Positions 11,930-23,432 of a stretch of DNA of 64,000 nucleotides are shown here, piece after piece. Origin of the DNA: Ginglymostoma cirratum (Eukaryota); contig JAHRHZ010000034.1 of NCBI GenBank assembly GCA_024137785.1, positions 25,142,427 to 25,206,426 of the forward strand, in the 5' to 3' direction. Positions within the stretch are counted from its first letter, which is position 1. Each line of letters opens with the position of its first letter. Both the position numbers and the translations under genes were made by a program. The notes below the pieces were generated by a model. The model did not search any database, was not told the DNA's origin, and saw nothing but the letters and a program-made list of their open reading frames with translations.

Positions 11930-12950
11930 AGCCTGCAAGGTGTCTGTCATCTTTGGATCAGTGCTAGGACCACAATTATTTACAGTATATTTGAATGACT
12001 CAGGTAAAGAATGTGAATGTACAATGGTCCAGTTTGCAAATGACACATACGAGTTGGAAAGACAATACAAAGAGTATGCAGAGGAATATAGACAGGTTAA
12101 CTGAGTGGGCAGTTGGACTATTTTGTGAGAAAATGTGAGGCTATGTACTTTGGAAGGAAGAATAGAGGAGCTGAATATCATTCAAATAGAGAAAGACTGC
12201 AGAAAGCTACAGAACAGAGGGATTTGGAAGTCCTCATTCATGGATGACAGAAAAACTAGCGTCCACGTTTGGAGGGTAATAGGGAAGGCAAATGGAATGT
12301 TGGCTTTTGTTTCAAAGGGATTAGAAAATAAAAAGTCGGGAGGTCCATGAAAGCTATTCAAGATACTAGTCAGACCACAGCTGGAATACTGTGCACAGTT
12401 TTGGGCTCCTTATTTAAAGGAAAGACGTACAGACATTTGAGGAAGTCCAGAGAAAGTTCATGAGGCTGATCCTGGATATGGAGGGACTGCTTTATGAAGA
12501 GAGGTTGAGTAGGGTGAGCCTGTACTCATTGGAATTCAGTAAAAAATGACCCGATTGAAATATGCAAGATTCTTGGGGGGCTTGACAGGATTGATGCAGA
12601 GAGGTTGTTTCCCCTGTGGGAGGATCTAAGCCCAGCGGGCATAATCTCGGACTGAGGGGGTCACACATGTAAGACAGAAATGAAGAGGAATGAATGCTCT
12701 CAGTTCTCTCAGAATTTCTCCACTCTTCTTTCATGTGGTAAATCTGTGAATTGTTTTTGACAATAAAGCACTGTTAAGGCTGGTTCATTAAGAATATAAA
12801 GATAGACATATTTTTAATCAGCAAGGGAAGTAAGTGTTAAGGGGACAAAGCAGGAAGGTGAAGTTGATAATCAGATCAGCCATGGTCTCATTGAATGGCA
12901 GAACTGTCTTGATGGATTAAACAGCCTACTTCTGCTCCTGCATCTTATGG
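11930..12950 (+). mobile_element. Degenerate CR1 LINE, RT C-terminus plus 3' UTR
   Basis: cagtttgcaaatgacac (FADD remnant), IGKANGMLAFVSKGLE, ctggaatactgtgcacagttttgg, and CR1 tail cagcctacttctgctcctgcatcttatgg. Confidence 0.8.
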
Positions 12951-15900
12951 AATTTTATTGGGTGGCCTTTGCACATGTGGTGTGGTGTTCCCCATTCCTG
13001 CTGGGATAGCAGCAGCAGTGAGCTCAGGCCCTTAGTTGGCCACCTAAGGACCCTAATTGGCATGCGGGCAGGCACACCATCTCAATCTTCCCCATCCCTG
13101 ACTGAATTAGACTGCATTGGTTAGGCAATAGCCCTCTACCCCTCTGTGGTCCCATCAGGCTTCCCAACCTGCCCTGAGAAATTCCACCCATCGTGTCAGG
13201 TAAGGATTGTAGCTTTAATGAGCAGTTAAATACCTGCTGCACATTAGTTGGATTACAAAAGGGGCAGCTGCCAAACTTCAACCTCAATATTTCACTCATG
13301 TCCCAGTCACCTCTTAAGACTTTCTCTCATTGGTTCGGTACTTATTCCTGGCTTCTATTTGTTTCCACCACTCAGTTAACTAGGTGGGATGTTTTATTTA
13401 TGTGAAAGGCACTTTTAAAAAATCATGTGGACTCTTGCCATCATGGAACAACGATTGGACCTGTATGTATCAGAGAGCAATAATGAACGGGTTTCGTTAG
13501 CAGTCCCCACAGGATTAAGGACTTGGAGCTTCCTTACAAAGCTGGAGGGAGGCGCTGGGTTACATTATTCGAATATAATTGCATGTTCTTAGTTGTTATG
13601 AGCATATAATGATTGAGGAGAAATTAAAAAGAAATATATGGAATCAAGTTGCTAAGTGATGCAAATAAGTTGATAATAAAAATCATCTAAATCAGCAGAA
13701 CCTCCAAAAAGCAAGATAAGCTGGGTTATTTTAATATAGAAACAAATCTGATGATTATGGTAATATCTTGAGCTCAGCGCACAGTCTTTCAATAAAAGTT
13801 GCAGACAATCAATGCTATGTATTGCCTGAAGAAATCTTGTCAGATGTAGCCCAAGAGTGTAATAAAACCAAATAGTTGCGACTTACATTCTGCTAGTAGT
13901 GGTGTAGGATTTCCCAACAGACTGCTGTAGTAACCTCAAATGTACAACGATGCCAGCAGTAGCTGGTTACTGGTTAGTCTAGCAGTTCTCCCGACAGTGA
14001 TTTCCTGGTGTTGTTTACAGAAATACTGCTATTCACAGGCTGGGGATCGCTCTGTTTGGAATCAGAATGTCACATTAGTCTTAGTGTCATTTTGGCTCCT
14101 CCACTGAAAACAAGATAGCATTAATTATAAACATGGTGTTGCCGTCCTGGTGGTGTGTGCCCTCTCTTCCTCGTGTGCACAGAAAAGAGAAACTGCTGAG
14201 TATCCAAGGAAAATAATATTGAAATAATCAAGTTTGACCAACTGAGTTGATAACTGTAAAAGCTGGTTAAATATTAAGGGAAGAATGTTGACTTTGCGAG
14301 ATGGTGATGGTTGATACCACACATCAGCCTTGTTAGACATCATGCTGATTTGAAAGTTAAGCTTGTGGAGCCTTTGAAAATCAATGGAGTTAGTGACTAT
14401 TAAAATCCTGGACAAAGGAACGTCACATGAACATGTAAAGTGTTCGTGTGCTGGTTTTGCAGACAGCAATTTCTGTGCTTCATTGTTTCTGCTTTGGCAT
14501 TTACCATCTGCACCAAATGCACCCAGCTGATTTAAGGTGCAAAGTGTACACAATCTTACACATTACCTACCGTCCCTCATCATCGTTCAGTATTTCCTCA
14601 GTAATTCAGCATGCCTTAAGGAATTAAAAAAGAACACGGTATTGGATTTACCCAAATAAGACTTAACCTGAAATCAAGTGATAACCAAAGAATCTTTAAT
14701 CTAAATCTTGTTGGGGTTTTTTTTAAAAAAGGAGGAGGATTAGAAATCAAAGAGATTGCGAAGTGTTTTAATAAACTTTCAGGCAGTGCTTTTCAAGCAG
14801 AACGGTACGTGACCAGAACTATCGGTGTTTGTTTTTCTGCAGCCCTGAATCTCCAAGGCAGCTTTGTTCTTTAGAGCTTTTCTTTGGCAGTCTTCAGCAG
14901 GCGGCTGTGATGTGACATAGCTTCTCTTGGGTGTTGAGAATTACCCGCACTCTGTGTACTGATGCCGTCCTTTCCAGTGAGCATTACACTTAATAATCCT
15001 GCAGGTCACGAAGAATCATCTCAAAGGCCATGAGCCTTTTAGTTACCTTCTCCACAGCAGACTAAACAAAAGAGTCGTTTAGTCATTTTTGTATCCATAA
15101 ATGGAAAATCAAATTATGGAAAAACATTATCTAGAAAAGCATTGCACCAGGGGTTACATGCCAGCCTCATAAGTATAACGTTTTTAAGTGTTCTCATTTC
15201 TAATTCCTGCCTTTTGTTGATCTCTTTGTAATTTTGGGAGGAGTTCTGGAAATAAATGGCTGTTTATCAGGTATTTAGTGATTTATTTCCTCCTCATGTT
15301 GTTAATTATTTTCTTCCTTCCACCATTGTTGTTTCCCTTGCTGTGGTGATCCTCTGGATTGTGCAGTATTTCCTGCTCAGGAGGAGGTTATGATGGTGGA
15401 GGTGATCTGCTCTCAGTCAGCTGTCAGCATCAGTCTGAACTGCCTCCTATGTGTGCGTTTTGAGGGGCACCGGATTTTGCTTCTTCCTCTTGTGGAGATG
15501 TGTCTAACCTCCACTCAGCCAGTCCCCACTAATGACGGGAAAGTTGTTGACTGAGGGAACATGGACCTAAATTCACACCCAGCAGTGCTATTAATGCACT
15601 ACTTCGGCCGCAACGTGAAGAGAAAATGGTGTTGATTTTCTTGGAGCTTCCCCCTCGCCACAGTCACAAGTTCGGGGATGCCTCAATTAAAAATACCAAA
15701 ATAAAGGAAGCCTGGAGCCAATTCCTGTTCTAAAATGCCTCAGTGCCCTCGATCAATTATTATTTTGCAAAACTATGCAACGCCTTATTTTTGTCAATCT
15801 ACCTTCCCACCAACAAACTAGAGTCTTTTAAGTACAAGCCTGGTATCACTTCACAAATATTTTGTATCATGTACCTCTAACTCTTTTCATCTGTGCTGAT

Positions 15901-16238
15901 GTGTTAATGGGTCTATGCTTTCACTCAGTTTTTCTCATTTTAAAACATTAGCTCTGACATTTATATCTGACAACCCATCCATTTAAGGATATTTTGGAAA
16001 TTTCAACTATTATCCTGAACGATGAAAACACAGTGCTACGAATACTGTTCTGCATTAAGAATCAATTAAGAAAGATTCAACTGGGTTTTTCTTTTGTCCC
16101 CTAGAGAAAACTGTAAGATGATTTTGACAGAGTTATTTATGATTATAAAAATATTTGATAGGGTACATATGGAGAAGATGTTCCTACTTGTGGTAGAGAC
16201 CAGAACAAGAGGTCATAAAGAAATTAATGAAAATATCC

Positions 16239-16352
16239 GAGATAACAAGTTGTAGAGCTGGATGAACACAGCAGGCCAAGCAGCATCAGAGGAGCAGGAA
16301 AGCTGACGTTTCGGGCCTAAACCCTTCTTCAGCATCTGCAGTTCCTGCTATC
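16239..16352 (-). mobile_element. 114-bp Penelope pLTR mini-insertion with hammerhead core (16305-16332, minus strand)
   Basis: Reverse complement CTGAAGA-agggtttaggccc-GAAA-CGTC. Perfect 13-bp TSD aatgaaaatatcc at 16226-16238 and 16353-16365. Confidence 0.82.
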
Positions 16353-16444
16353 AATGAAAATATCCATTCAGGTACTCAGGAGAAATGACTTTACCCCCAG
16401 AGAGAGTATTGAATCTACCGCAAACTACCATAAGGAGAATTAGT

Positions 16445-16765
16445 GTTTTATTAATTCATTCACGGGAGAGGGTGTCACTGGCTAGTTCAGCATTTGTTAC
16501 CCATCCCTGGTTGCCCAGAGAACAGTGTGGGGTCTGAAGTCACATTAGGCCAGACCAGGTAAGAATGGTAGTCTCCTTCACTGAACAACATTAGTGAACC
16601 AGATGGATTTTTCTGACAATCAGCAGTGGAATCATGGTCATCATTAGAGACTCAATTCCAGATTTTTTTGAATTCAAATTTTGCCATCTGCTGTGTTGGG
16701 ATTTGAAACTTGGTCTCTGGAAAATTAGCTGGGCCTCTGGATTAACATGCCACAGGCCAGCGTAC
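16445..16765 (-). mobile_element. tRNA-derived SINE (family of 8765-9118)
   Basis: Reverse tail ttcattcacgggagagggtgtcactggctag and reverse B-box ggatttgaaac. Confidence 0.75.
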
Positions 16766-17073
16766 CATAGAAATTTGTAAGGTGAAGCCAGAGAAGTGCA
16801 TTAGGAAGAAATGAGGGCAAGATGGAGTTAGATGCAAAGGATGAGATAAGGCATTTGTGGAATATAAGTGCGGACGTGGACTTGTTGGGCTGAATGGCTG
16901 TTTTTTGTCTGGAATCAGTTTTTTTAATTCTCTCTTGCGATGAAATCGTCAAGGAAAGATTATTAACTGTTCAAATGGAAGTTGTTATTAAATGCCTAAT
17001 TGCTGCAATCAAAGCTCAAGTATAAATCAGAATGAGAATACTGTACATCTAATGTTTTCCCTCTGTCTTTCAG

Positions 17074-17229
17074 TTGGTCTTCATATAGGACGTTTCTGTG
17101 GACCTTATATTCCTGATCATATTCGGTCACGCACTGGAATTCTGTCTTTAACGCTGCACACAGATACTGCAATCGCCAGGGATGGTTTTTCTGCTAACTA
17201 TTCCATTGTCCAGAGGAATTTATCTGAAA
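17074..17229 (+). CDS. NRP1: Neuropilin-1-like, internal exon (equivalent to NRP1 exon 5): C-terminal half of CUB2/a2
   Basis: Acceptor ctctgtctttcag|TT, donor GAAA|gtgagt, 156 nt, phase 1-1. Translates (V)GLHIGRFCGPYIPDHIRSRTGILSLTLHTDTAIARDGFSANYSIVQRNLSE, aligning with recalled human VGPHIGRYCG...TDSAIAKEGFSANYS. NRP1 versus a paralog is not fully resolved. Confidence 0.93.
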
Positions 17230-18239
17230 GTGAGTAAGAATTGCTTTCCCAACACAATCTGTTTGGGTGGAGTTTAAATCTAACGTTCACTGTATTGACA
17301 TGCTGAGTAAAATTGCACAAAAAATGTGCCATTGTCACATTTATACTCAGAAATGTACATACAGTGTTCATGTCAGACCGCAGTAAACTGTGTGTTACCA
17401 GAAATATAGATGTCAAGGTAAAATAAAATGCAATGATGTTGAACAACAATCTGTTTTAATTTGGCACCTTTACTGTTGTAAAATGCCCAAGTACAGTAGT
17501 GTAATCAGTCAGAATTTGAAGCTAGCCACAGAAAGGTTTTGAGGTCAAAACATTGATAGTTTGCAAGAAGGAGTTAGATATAGTTGTTAGGCCAAACGAG
17601 ATCAAAGGGGAGGACGTGGGAACAGGGTACGGAGCTGGATGATCAACCATGATCATATTAAATGACAGTGCAGGCTAGAAGGGCCAAATGGCTTAACTCA
17701 TCTTATTCTATATGTTTCTATGAAACAATGAAGGCAAAATTAGAAAAGTGGGCAAAAACATAGTCCAAAGGCTGCTTATAAGGAGGATCTTAAAGGAAAT
17801 CAGAGATGGGGAGAGACAGAGAAGCTTAGCAAGTGTTTAATACTGGCAGCAATCTTCACCCCACCCTTGGAAACCCGTTGGACGTCTTGGTATATGATTT
17901 TGGGTTTCCAGATTGCTTGGGAAGTAGTGTATATACAAGAGAGAGAGTTTTTATTACTAGCCTTTTCACGGTTGTATTTAGGTTTGTCCACGCAAGAGCA
18001 ATACTGGATATTAAATTGCAGGGAGTACTGTCAGGGTCTGCTGTGATGTGGATTACTATATATCTGTCACCACGTGTTTGGGAGTGGAAGCCCATGGTAG
18101 GTAACATTTCCTCCTTGTGTTTGGTGCGTACTGTAATCGTGAACTGGCAACTATATAACATCTTGCCGTATCCTAAGGGCAATGCAAATTAATTTTTAAA
18201 GACAGAATCTAGTATCGTTGTCTTGCAGGAAAGCATCGC

Positions 18240-18450
18240 AATTAATTAGCAAGTAGTAAGCTTCCATAAGTTGCGCATGAGATGAATGGCCAATTACTCT
18301 GTTTTTGCTGATATTTTTTGAGAGAAAAATGTTGACCTGCTTTCCTCTCCTGCGGTGAAATCTTTTGGATCTGCTGGAATTTGCAGTAAGGGCCTTGGTT
18401 TAATGCCTCATCTGTAAGATATCACCTCCTGTGATAAAGTCACGGCATTC
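18240..18450 (-). mobile_element. Old Deu-domain SINE remnant
   Basis: gggccttggtttaatgcctcatctgtaagatatcacctc is the reverse of the Deu core (gaggtg...tctttcggatgagacgttaaaccgaggccc). Further remnants near 765-810, 38570-38750 and 63800-63910. Confidence 0.5.
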
Positions 18451-20130
18451 CATCTTGGAGCATTTTACCACCATAAAGGTGCTATATGAAGGCCAGTTGT
18501 TATTATTGCAGTGATGTTTGCAACAACAGTCATGGTTCATTACAGCAGCACAGTAACTGCCTGCTTTCCTTGTTTTTGTCCTGCTGTTCTCTGTCGAGTG
18601 TCCCAGGGGAAAATTGACGAAAAGCCTCTTAATGTAGGCCAGATTTGACAGCAAAGGCCATGATTCGAAGCAGAATTTTACAGGCAGAAGCAGATGAAGT
18701 TGCAGATTCTGACAGTGTTAATTATGACTTTTATTGACCAAAAATTAAAGTGAAAGCTTTTAACACCATCGACCAGGAAGAACTGTTTCTTTTCTGACCA
18801 CCAGCGACATAATGGATCATGCTGAAATGACAGAAATGGTGCAGATTGTACAAACAACCATTTCTGATGTGCAAGTCCAAATATCTGACAAGTCAGCCCT
18901 TTGAAATTACATACGGTTGGGAATGACAATTTAAACATGTACCTTGAGCTGAGTCATTCTCAATATCATTAGAAGGTTTGTGTTACAGCATCATGTGGAG
19001 CATTTTAACGTTTATCCTTTAATTCTTTCTGTTTGATTTCTTTGGCACTTTACTGATCAGAACAAAGAGCATTTTGCCACGTGTGGCTACTGTGCAGTAT
19101 GAACGCCATCTGTTTCGGTCATTCTGTTATTCGCTGTAAAACACTTCTCTGTCTCAGGGTGGAGAAAGGCACAGAAAGAATTTTTGGCAATTTGCAATAA
19201 AAGCAGGAAAGAATGTTTCTGGGGAAGTGTAACATTAGTGGTGAAAAGGCTAAGGGACTAAAAGCTGACCACTGCTCGCAATATTGTGTGTACCTAGTTT
19301 ACCGCTTAAAGCTGCAATATCCCTTTTCTAAGGAGCTGCTGTCAGTTTCAGAGGTAATGTCAGGTATGCCAAAGCATACAATAATCTCTGTAAACAAAGA
19401 TTTGATATATGCATGAAGAAAAGAGCATTTTTTCTGACACTTAAGCCAACATCTGGGCCTTATTCGTTATTTCTGAGGAAAATATTACCGTACTTCTAAA
19501 GGGATTAAGTAGTGTTTAAAAAAAAACCTGAAGGCTCAGTTTGTAAAGCATTGATCCGAAAGGATTTGAGTTTAGTCTCCAGTATGGGTTGACTGGAAGA
19601 GAAACAGAAAATGCTCAAGATATTTAGTAGGTCTGGCAGAATTTGTAGTGGGGAGGGAGAGGGAGAGAGGGAGAGAGAGAGTTAACAGCATGGATTTTTG
19701 TTGAGTCAGGATGATATTGGAGCCCTTTAACAATAAGCAGGTCCTGATTCCTTGAACCTCAACTCCATGCCTGGATTTTCTGATTACCGAGAGTGCCTTT
19801 TGGGGTGCAAGACTAGATCCACAGCAGACACTCCAACTGGCTGACCCCGTTGTGAAGTCGGGCCAGCTTTCAAAGGACTCCTGGTTCCAGGTTCCTTAGA
19901 TACCACCAGACCTGTTGAGTATCTCCAACATTTGGTGTTAGCTCGTTCAGTAATAGCTGTGATACCATTGACTTCTTTGTGTCCCTGATCTAAACAAGGA
20001 TAAGTCATCTCAAGGTTCCTGCTGTCCAGAACTATGACTTTGCTGGCTCTTTAAAATTGATATCTTATTTGTTCCACTTGGAAGATGCAATTAAATATTT
20101 CATACTATTGTACTTTTTTTGTTAATACAG

Positions 20131-20297
20131 ATGTTTACTGTAATGAATCACTTGGCATGGAATCGGGCAAGATTCACGCAGATCAAATTTTGAGTTCCAG
20201 CAATTATAATTTCAACTGGTCCCCAGATAGATCAAGACTAAATTACCCTGAAAATGCATGGACACCGTCTTCTGACTCCAGCAAGGAATGGATACAG
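20131..20297 (+). CDS. NRP1: Neuropilin-1-like exon (equivalent to exon 6): N-terminal part of FA58C b1
   Basis: tttttttgttaatacag|AT ... ATACAG|gtaaac, 167 nt, phase 1-0. (N)VYCNESLGMESGKIHADQILSSSNYNFNWSPDRSRLNYPENAWTPSSDSSKEWIQ; RSRLNYPEN and EWIQ are NRP1-type. Confidence 0.96.
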
Positions 20298-21087
20298 GTA
20301 AACACAGCAGTGGGGTTGCATTTTCTACTGAATGGCATTCAGTAAATTATTGTCATTGCCCTTATGCTCAAACTTGAAAGCTTGTGACCGAGGAGAATGT
20401 TCAATATTTGACTGCAGACTAAATTACGTTTCTTCAATCTGAACATCAAACCAATCAGCTGGTTGTTTTCTTCCTGCAGCAGACATGAAGCCACGGGCAG
20501 GGGTAATTGCCACTAATATAATGCAAAACTTTGTTGGGAATTTTATTGCTCCACTCCCCGGTCCTGTTACAAAGTCATTGATGACCTGACTGACTTAAAG
20601 AGTGGTAGCAATAACTTGGGCAGTGAGAGTGGGACTTCAGCCCCTCTAACTGACTGGCTGCTCTAGCCATCCCAGCAGCGCCAGGTTTCAATAGTGGCTG
20701 CTACTGGGACTGCAAGGAATCCCTGTGTTGAGGAGGGCATGGCTATTGGAAAGAAGTAAATCTGAGGTTTTGGGCGGGGAGGGCTATAAAAGCCTTTCGG
20801 TTGGGGATGGGGAGTGTGAGGGTTGGGGGGCATGTGGGATGTGGGATGTGGCATAATATGGCATGGCACAGCACGATATGGAGCTCCAGAGGACAAATGC
20901 AAAAGGAGAGACCAAATGTTTGAGAGGTAAGGCACAATGCAGTGGGCATGAACAGGTAGGCAAGTGTGGGAAGGCAATTTTTAAAGGGGTCAGGTCGTTT
21001 GCAGGGTGACCTGTGTGCATTGGAGGCAGCTACCCGTCCTCATTTTGTGAACCAATCCTTTTGTCACTTTATGAACACACCTTCTGT

Positions 21088-21700
21088 AGTCATAGAATCA
21101 TAGAGCTTTACAGCTCGGAAACAGACCTTTCGGCTCAACTTGTCCAGGCTGACCAGATATCGTAAATTAATCTAGTCCCATTTGCTAGCATTTGGCCCAT
21201 ATCCCTCCAAACCTTTCCTATTCATACACCCACCCAGATGCCGTTTAATCTTGTGATTGTACCAGCCTCCTTCACTTCCTCTGGCAGCTCATTCCATACA
21301 CGCACCATCCTCTGCATGAAAAAATTGCCCCTTCGGTCCCCTTTTAAACCTTACAGAGGGGGCATAGATAAGGTGAATGGCAAAGATCTTTTCCCTAGGG
21401 TAGGGGTGACCAAAACTAGGGGCCATAGGTTTAAAATGACACGGGAAAGATTTAAAGGGACGTGAGGGGCAAATTTTCCACACAGAGGATGGTACATACA
21501 CGAAATGAGCTGCCAGAGGAAGTGGTAGATGCTGGTACAGTTACGACATTTCAAAGACATTTGGGCAGGTTCTCGAGTAGGAAAGGTTTAGAGGGATATG
21601 GGCCAAACGCAGGCGAATGGGACTAATTTAGTTTGGGAGACCTGATTGGCATTGATGATTTGGACCATAGGGCCTGTTTCTGTGCTGTGTGATTTTATTA
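21088..21700. mobile_element. Two CR1 3' ends in inverted (tails-out) arrangement
   Basis: 21088-21347 is a minus-strand CR1 3' end and about 21350-21700 is a plus-strand one. Shared motifs aatgagctgccagaggaagtg and gagggatatgggccaaa occur in opposite orientations. Confidence 0.85.
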
Positions 21701-22333
21701 AGTGGATTCTTTCCACGGTTAGTGGTATTTACATTCCAAATCAGATAGCTTAGGTGGATTACTTGTTAACAGAAGAGCGGCTGAAAGGATATGAGAATAG
21801 GTTGAGTAAATGTAAATAAGATTATTGGCTGGTGTACAAGGTAAACACCATTCAAACTAGCCGGCCAGATCACGTGTCTAGGTAATAACTTCAAGTGCAA
21901 AACAATGTAAGTTGTAAACTAACACTGACTTCAAAAGGCAACACTTGGCCTATGTGAATACAGAGGAGGGATGGAGACAGTGTAGTTTTCTGAGACTACT
22001 TTTCAGTGACACATTGTAGTGAACAGCAGCTGTAATGAGCTTGAGGCCTGAGGTGAATTAACAAGTTTTACTGCTTAGACTTGAGTGTGATTATATGTAC
22101 ATGACAAGCGCAGTTAGAGGATGAAATACCAATAGTTTTATTTAATAAATTGTGCAGTGAAGAGGAATCCAAAAGATAATGGGCGATAACATAATATCTT
22201 TTTGCCTTTGCTGAAGAACAGACATTATTTCCACTGGGAATTTTTTATCTGAAAGTTCTTACGTTTGAAAGAGAAAAGCCGACATGCTGCTGTGAAGTTT
22301 CCAGGTATCAGTATCACAGCACAGAGAAGGTCA

Positions 22334-22431
22334 AACAAAAACAGAAGTTGCAGGTAAAGCTCAGCAGGTCTGTCAGTATCTGCGAAGAGAAATCAAAATT
22401 AACATTTTGGCTCTGGTGACCCTTTCTCAGA
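22334..22431 (-). mobile_element. Degenerate pLTR unit (family of 6551-6655)
   Basis: aaacaaaaacagaagttgcaggtaaagctcagcaggtctgtcagtatctg...ggtgaccctttctcag. Related remnants at about 19600-19690, 41760-41870 and 57352-57467. Confidence 0.65.
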
Positions 22432-22999
22432 GGATGAAGTTCCTTACTGGGGGGATGGGGTGGAGTGCAGTGTTGAGGGGGGGAGGTGGTGGCGGGCGTG
22501 CGTTCTTCCGATTATCTGGCCTGACTTGATGGCATTGTTACACAGTTTCAGAAAAATGGTGTTGACAGTCTTATATGGCCATTTTCCTCGGGGTTCGTTC
22601 AGTTTCTGCACTGAGGTAATGTTGGTTAAATCAAGAGAACAGTCCTGAAAATTCACATCTAACATGTGTGAGCACAGGGAATCTTCTTTATAGATAACAA
22701 AGCAGGAACTAGTGATGCCATCACTTTCATCACTGTAGCCTGGCTTCAGTTATATTTTAAAAGTCATTGAAATTATATATATTTTCCGCCGGCTCCGCCT
22801 CCACGCTTACTTCTCCAACCGCGAATCTAACCGTCCCTCTACTGACCCCTTCTCCCGCCTCCAACACAAGCCCTCCTCCTGGACACCACCCCAAGGCCTC
22901 CTACCCTCCCTCGACCTCTTCATCTCCAACTGCCGTCGAGACATCAATCGCCTCAACCTCTCTACCCCTCTCAAACACTCCAACCTCTCCCCCGCAGAA

Positions 23000-23399
23000 N
23001 NNNNNNNNNNNNNNNNNNNNNNNNNNNNNNNNNNNNNNNNNNNNNNNNNNNNNNNNNNNNNNNNNNNNNNNNNNNNNNNNNNNNNNNNNNNNNNNNNNNN
23101 NNNNNNNNNNNNNNNNNNNNNNNNNNNNNNNNNNNNNNNNNNNNNNNNNNNNNNNNNNNNNNNNNNNNNNNNNNNNNNNNNNNNNNNNNNNNNNNNNNNN
23201 NNNNNNNNNNNNNNNNNNNNNNNNNNNNNNNNNNNNNNNNNNNNNNNNNNNNNNNNNNNNNNNNNNNNNNNNNNNNNNNNNNNNNNNNNNNNNNNNNNNN
23301 NNNNNNNNNNNNNNNNNNNNNNNNNNNNNNNNNNNNNNNNNNNNNNNNNNNNNNNNNNNNNNNNNNNNNNNNNNNNNNNNNNNNNNNNNNNNNNNNNNN
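23000..23399. other. Assembly gap (400 N)
   Basis: Run of N. Confidence 1.
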
Positions 23400-23404
23400 C
23401 ATTT

Positions 23405-23432
23405 CTGATGAAGGGTTTAGGCCCGAAACGTC
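23405..23432 (+). ncRNA. Minimal type I hammerhead ribozyme core (dimer type)
   Basis: CUGAUGA and GAAA boxes, stem II ggg(t)...(g)ccc, loopless palindromic stem III ACGU, GUC cleavage triplet, short stem I attt/aagt. Confidence 0.7.

Noticed and set aside
1-17073. Search for neuropilin exon 4 (first half of CUB2, ending ...IWDG.P.)
   Set aside because: The only WDGF-like word (8675-8686) has an in-frame TGA three codons upstream and no CUB context. The exon is probably upstream of the window, but I cannot exclude a miss.
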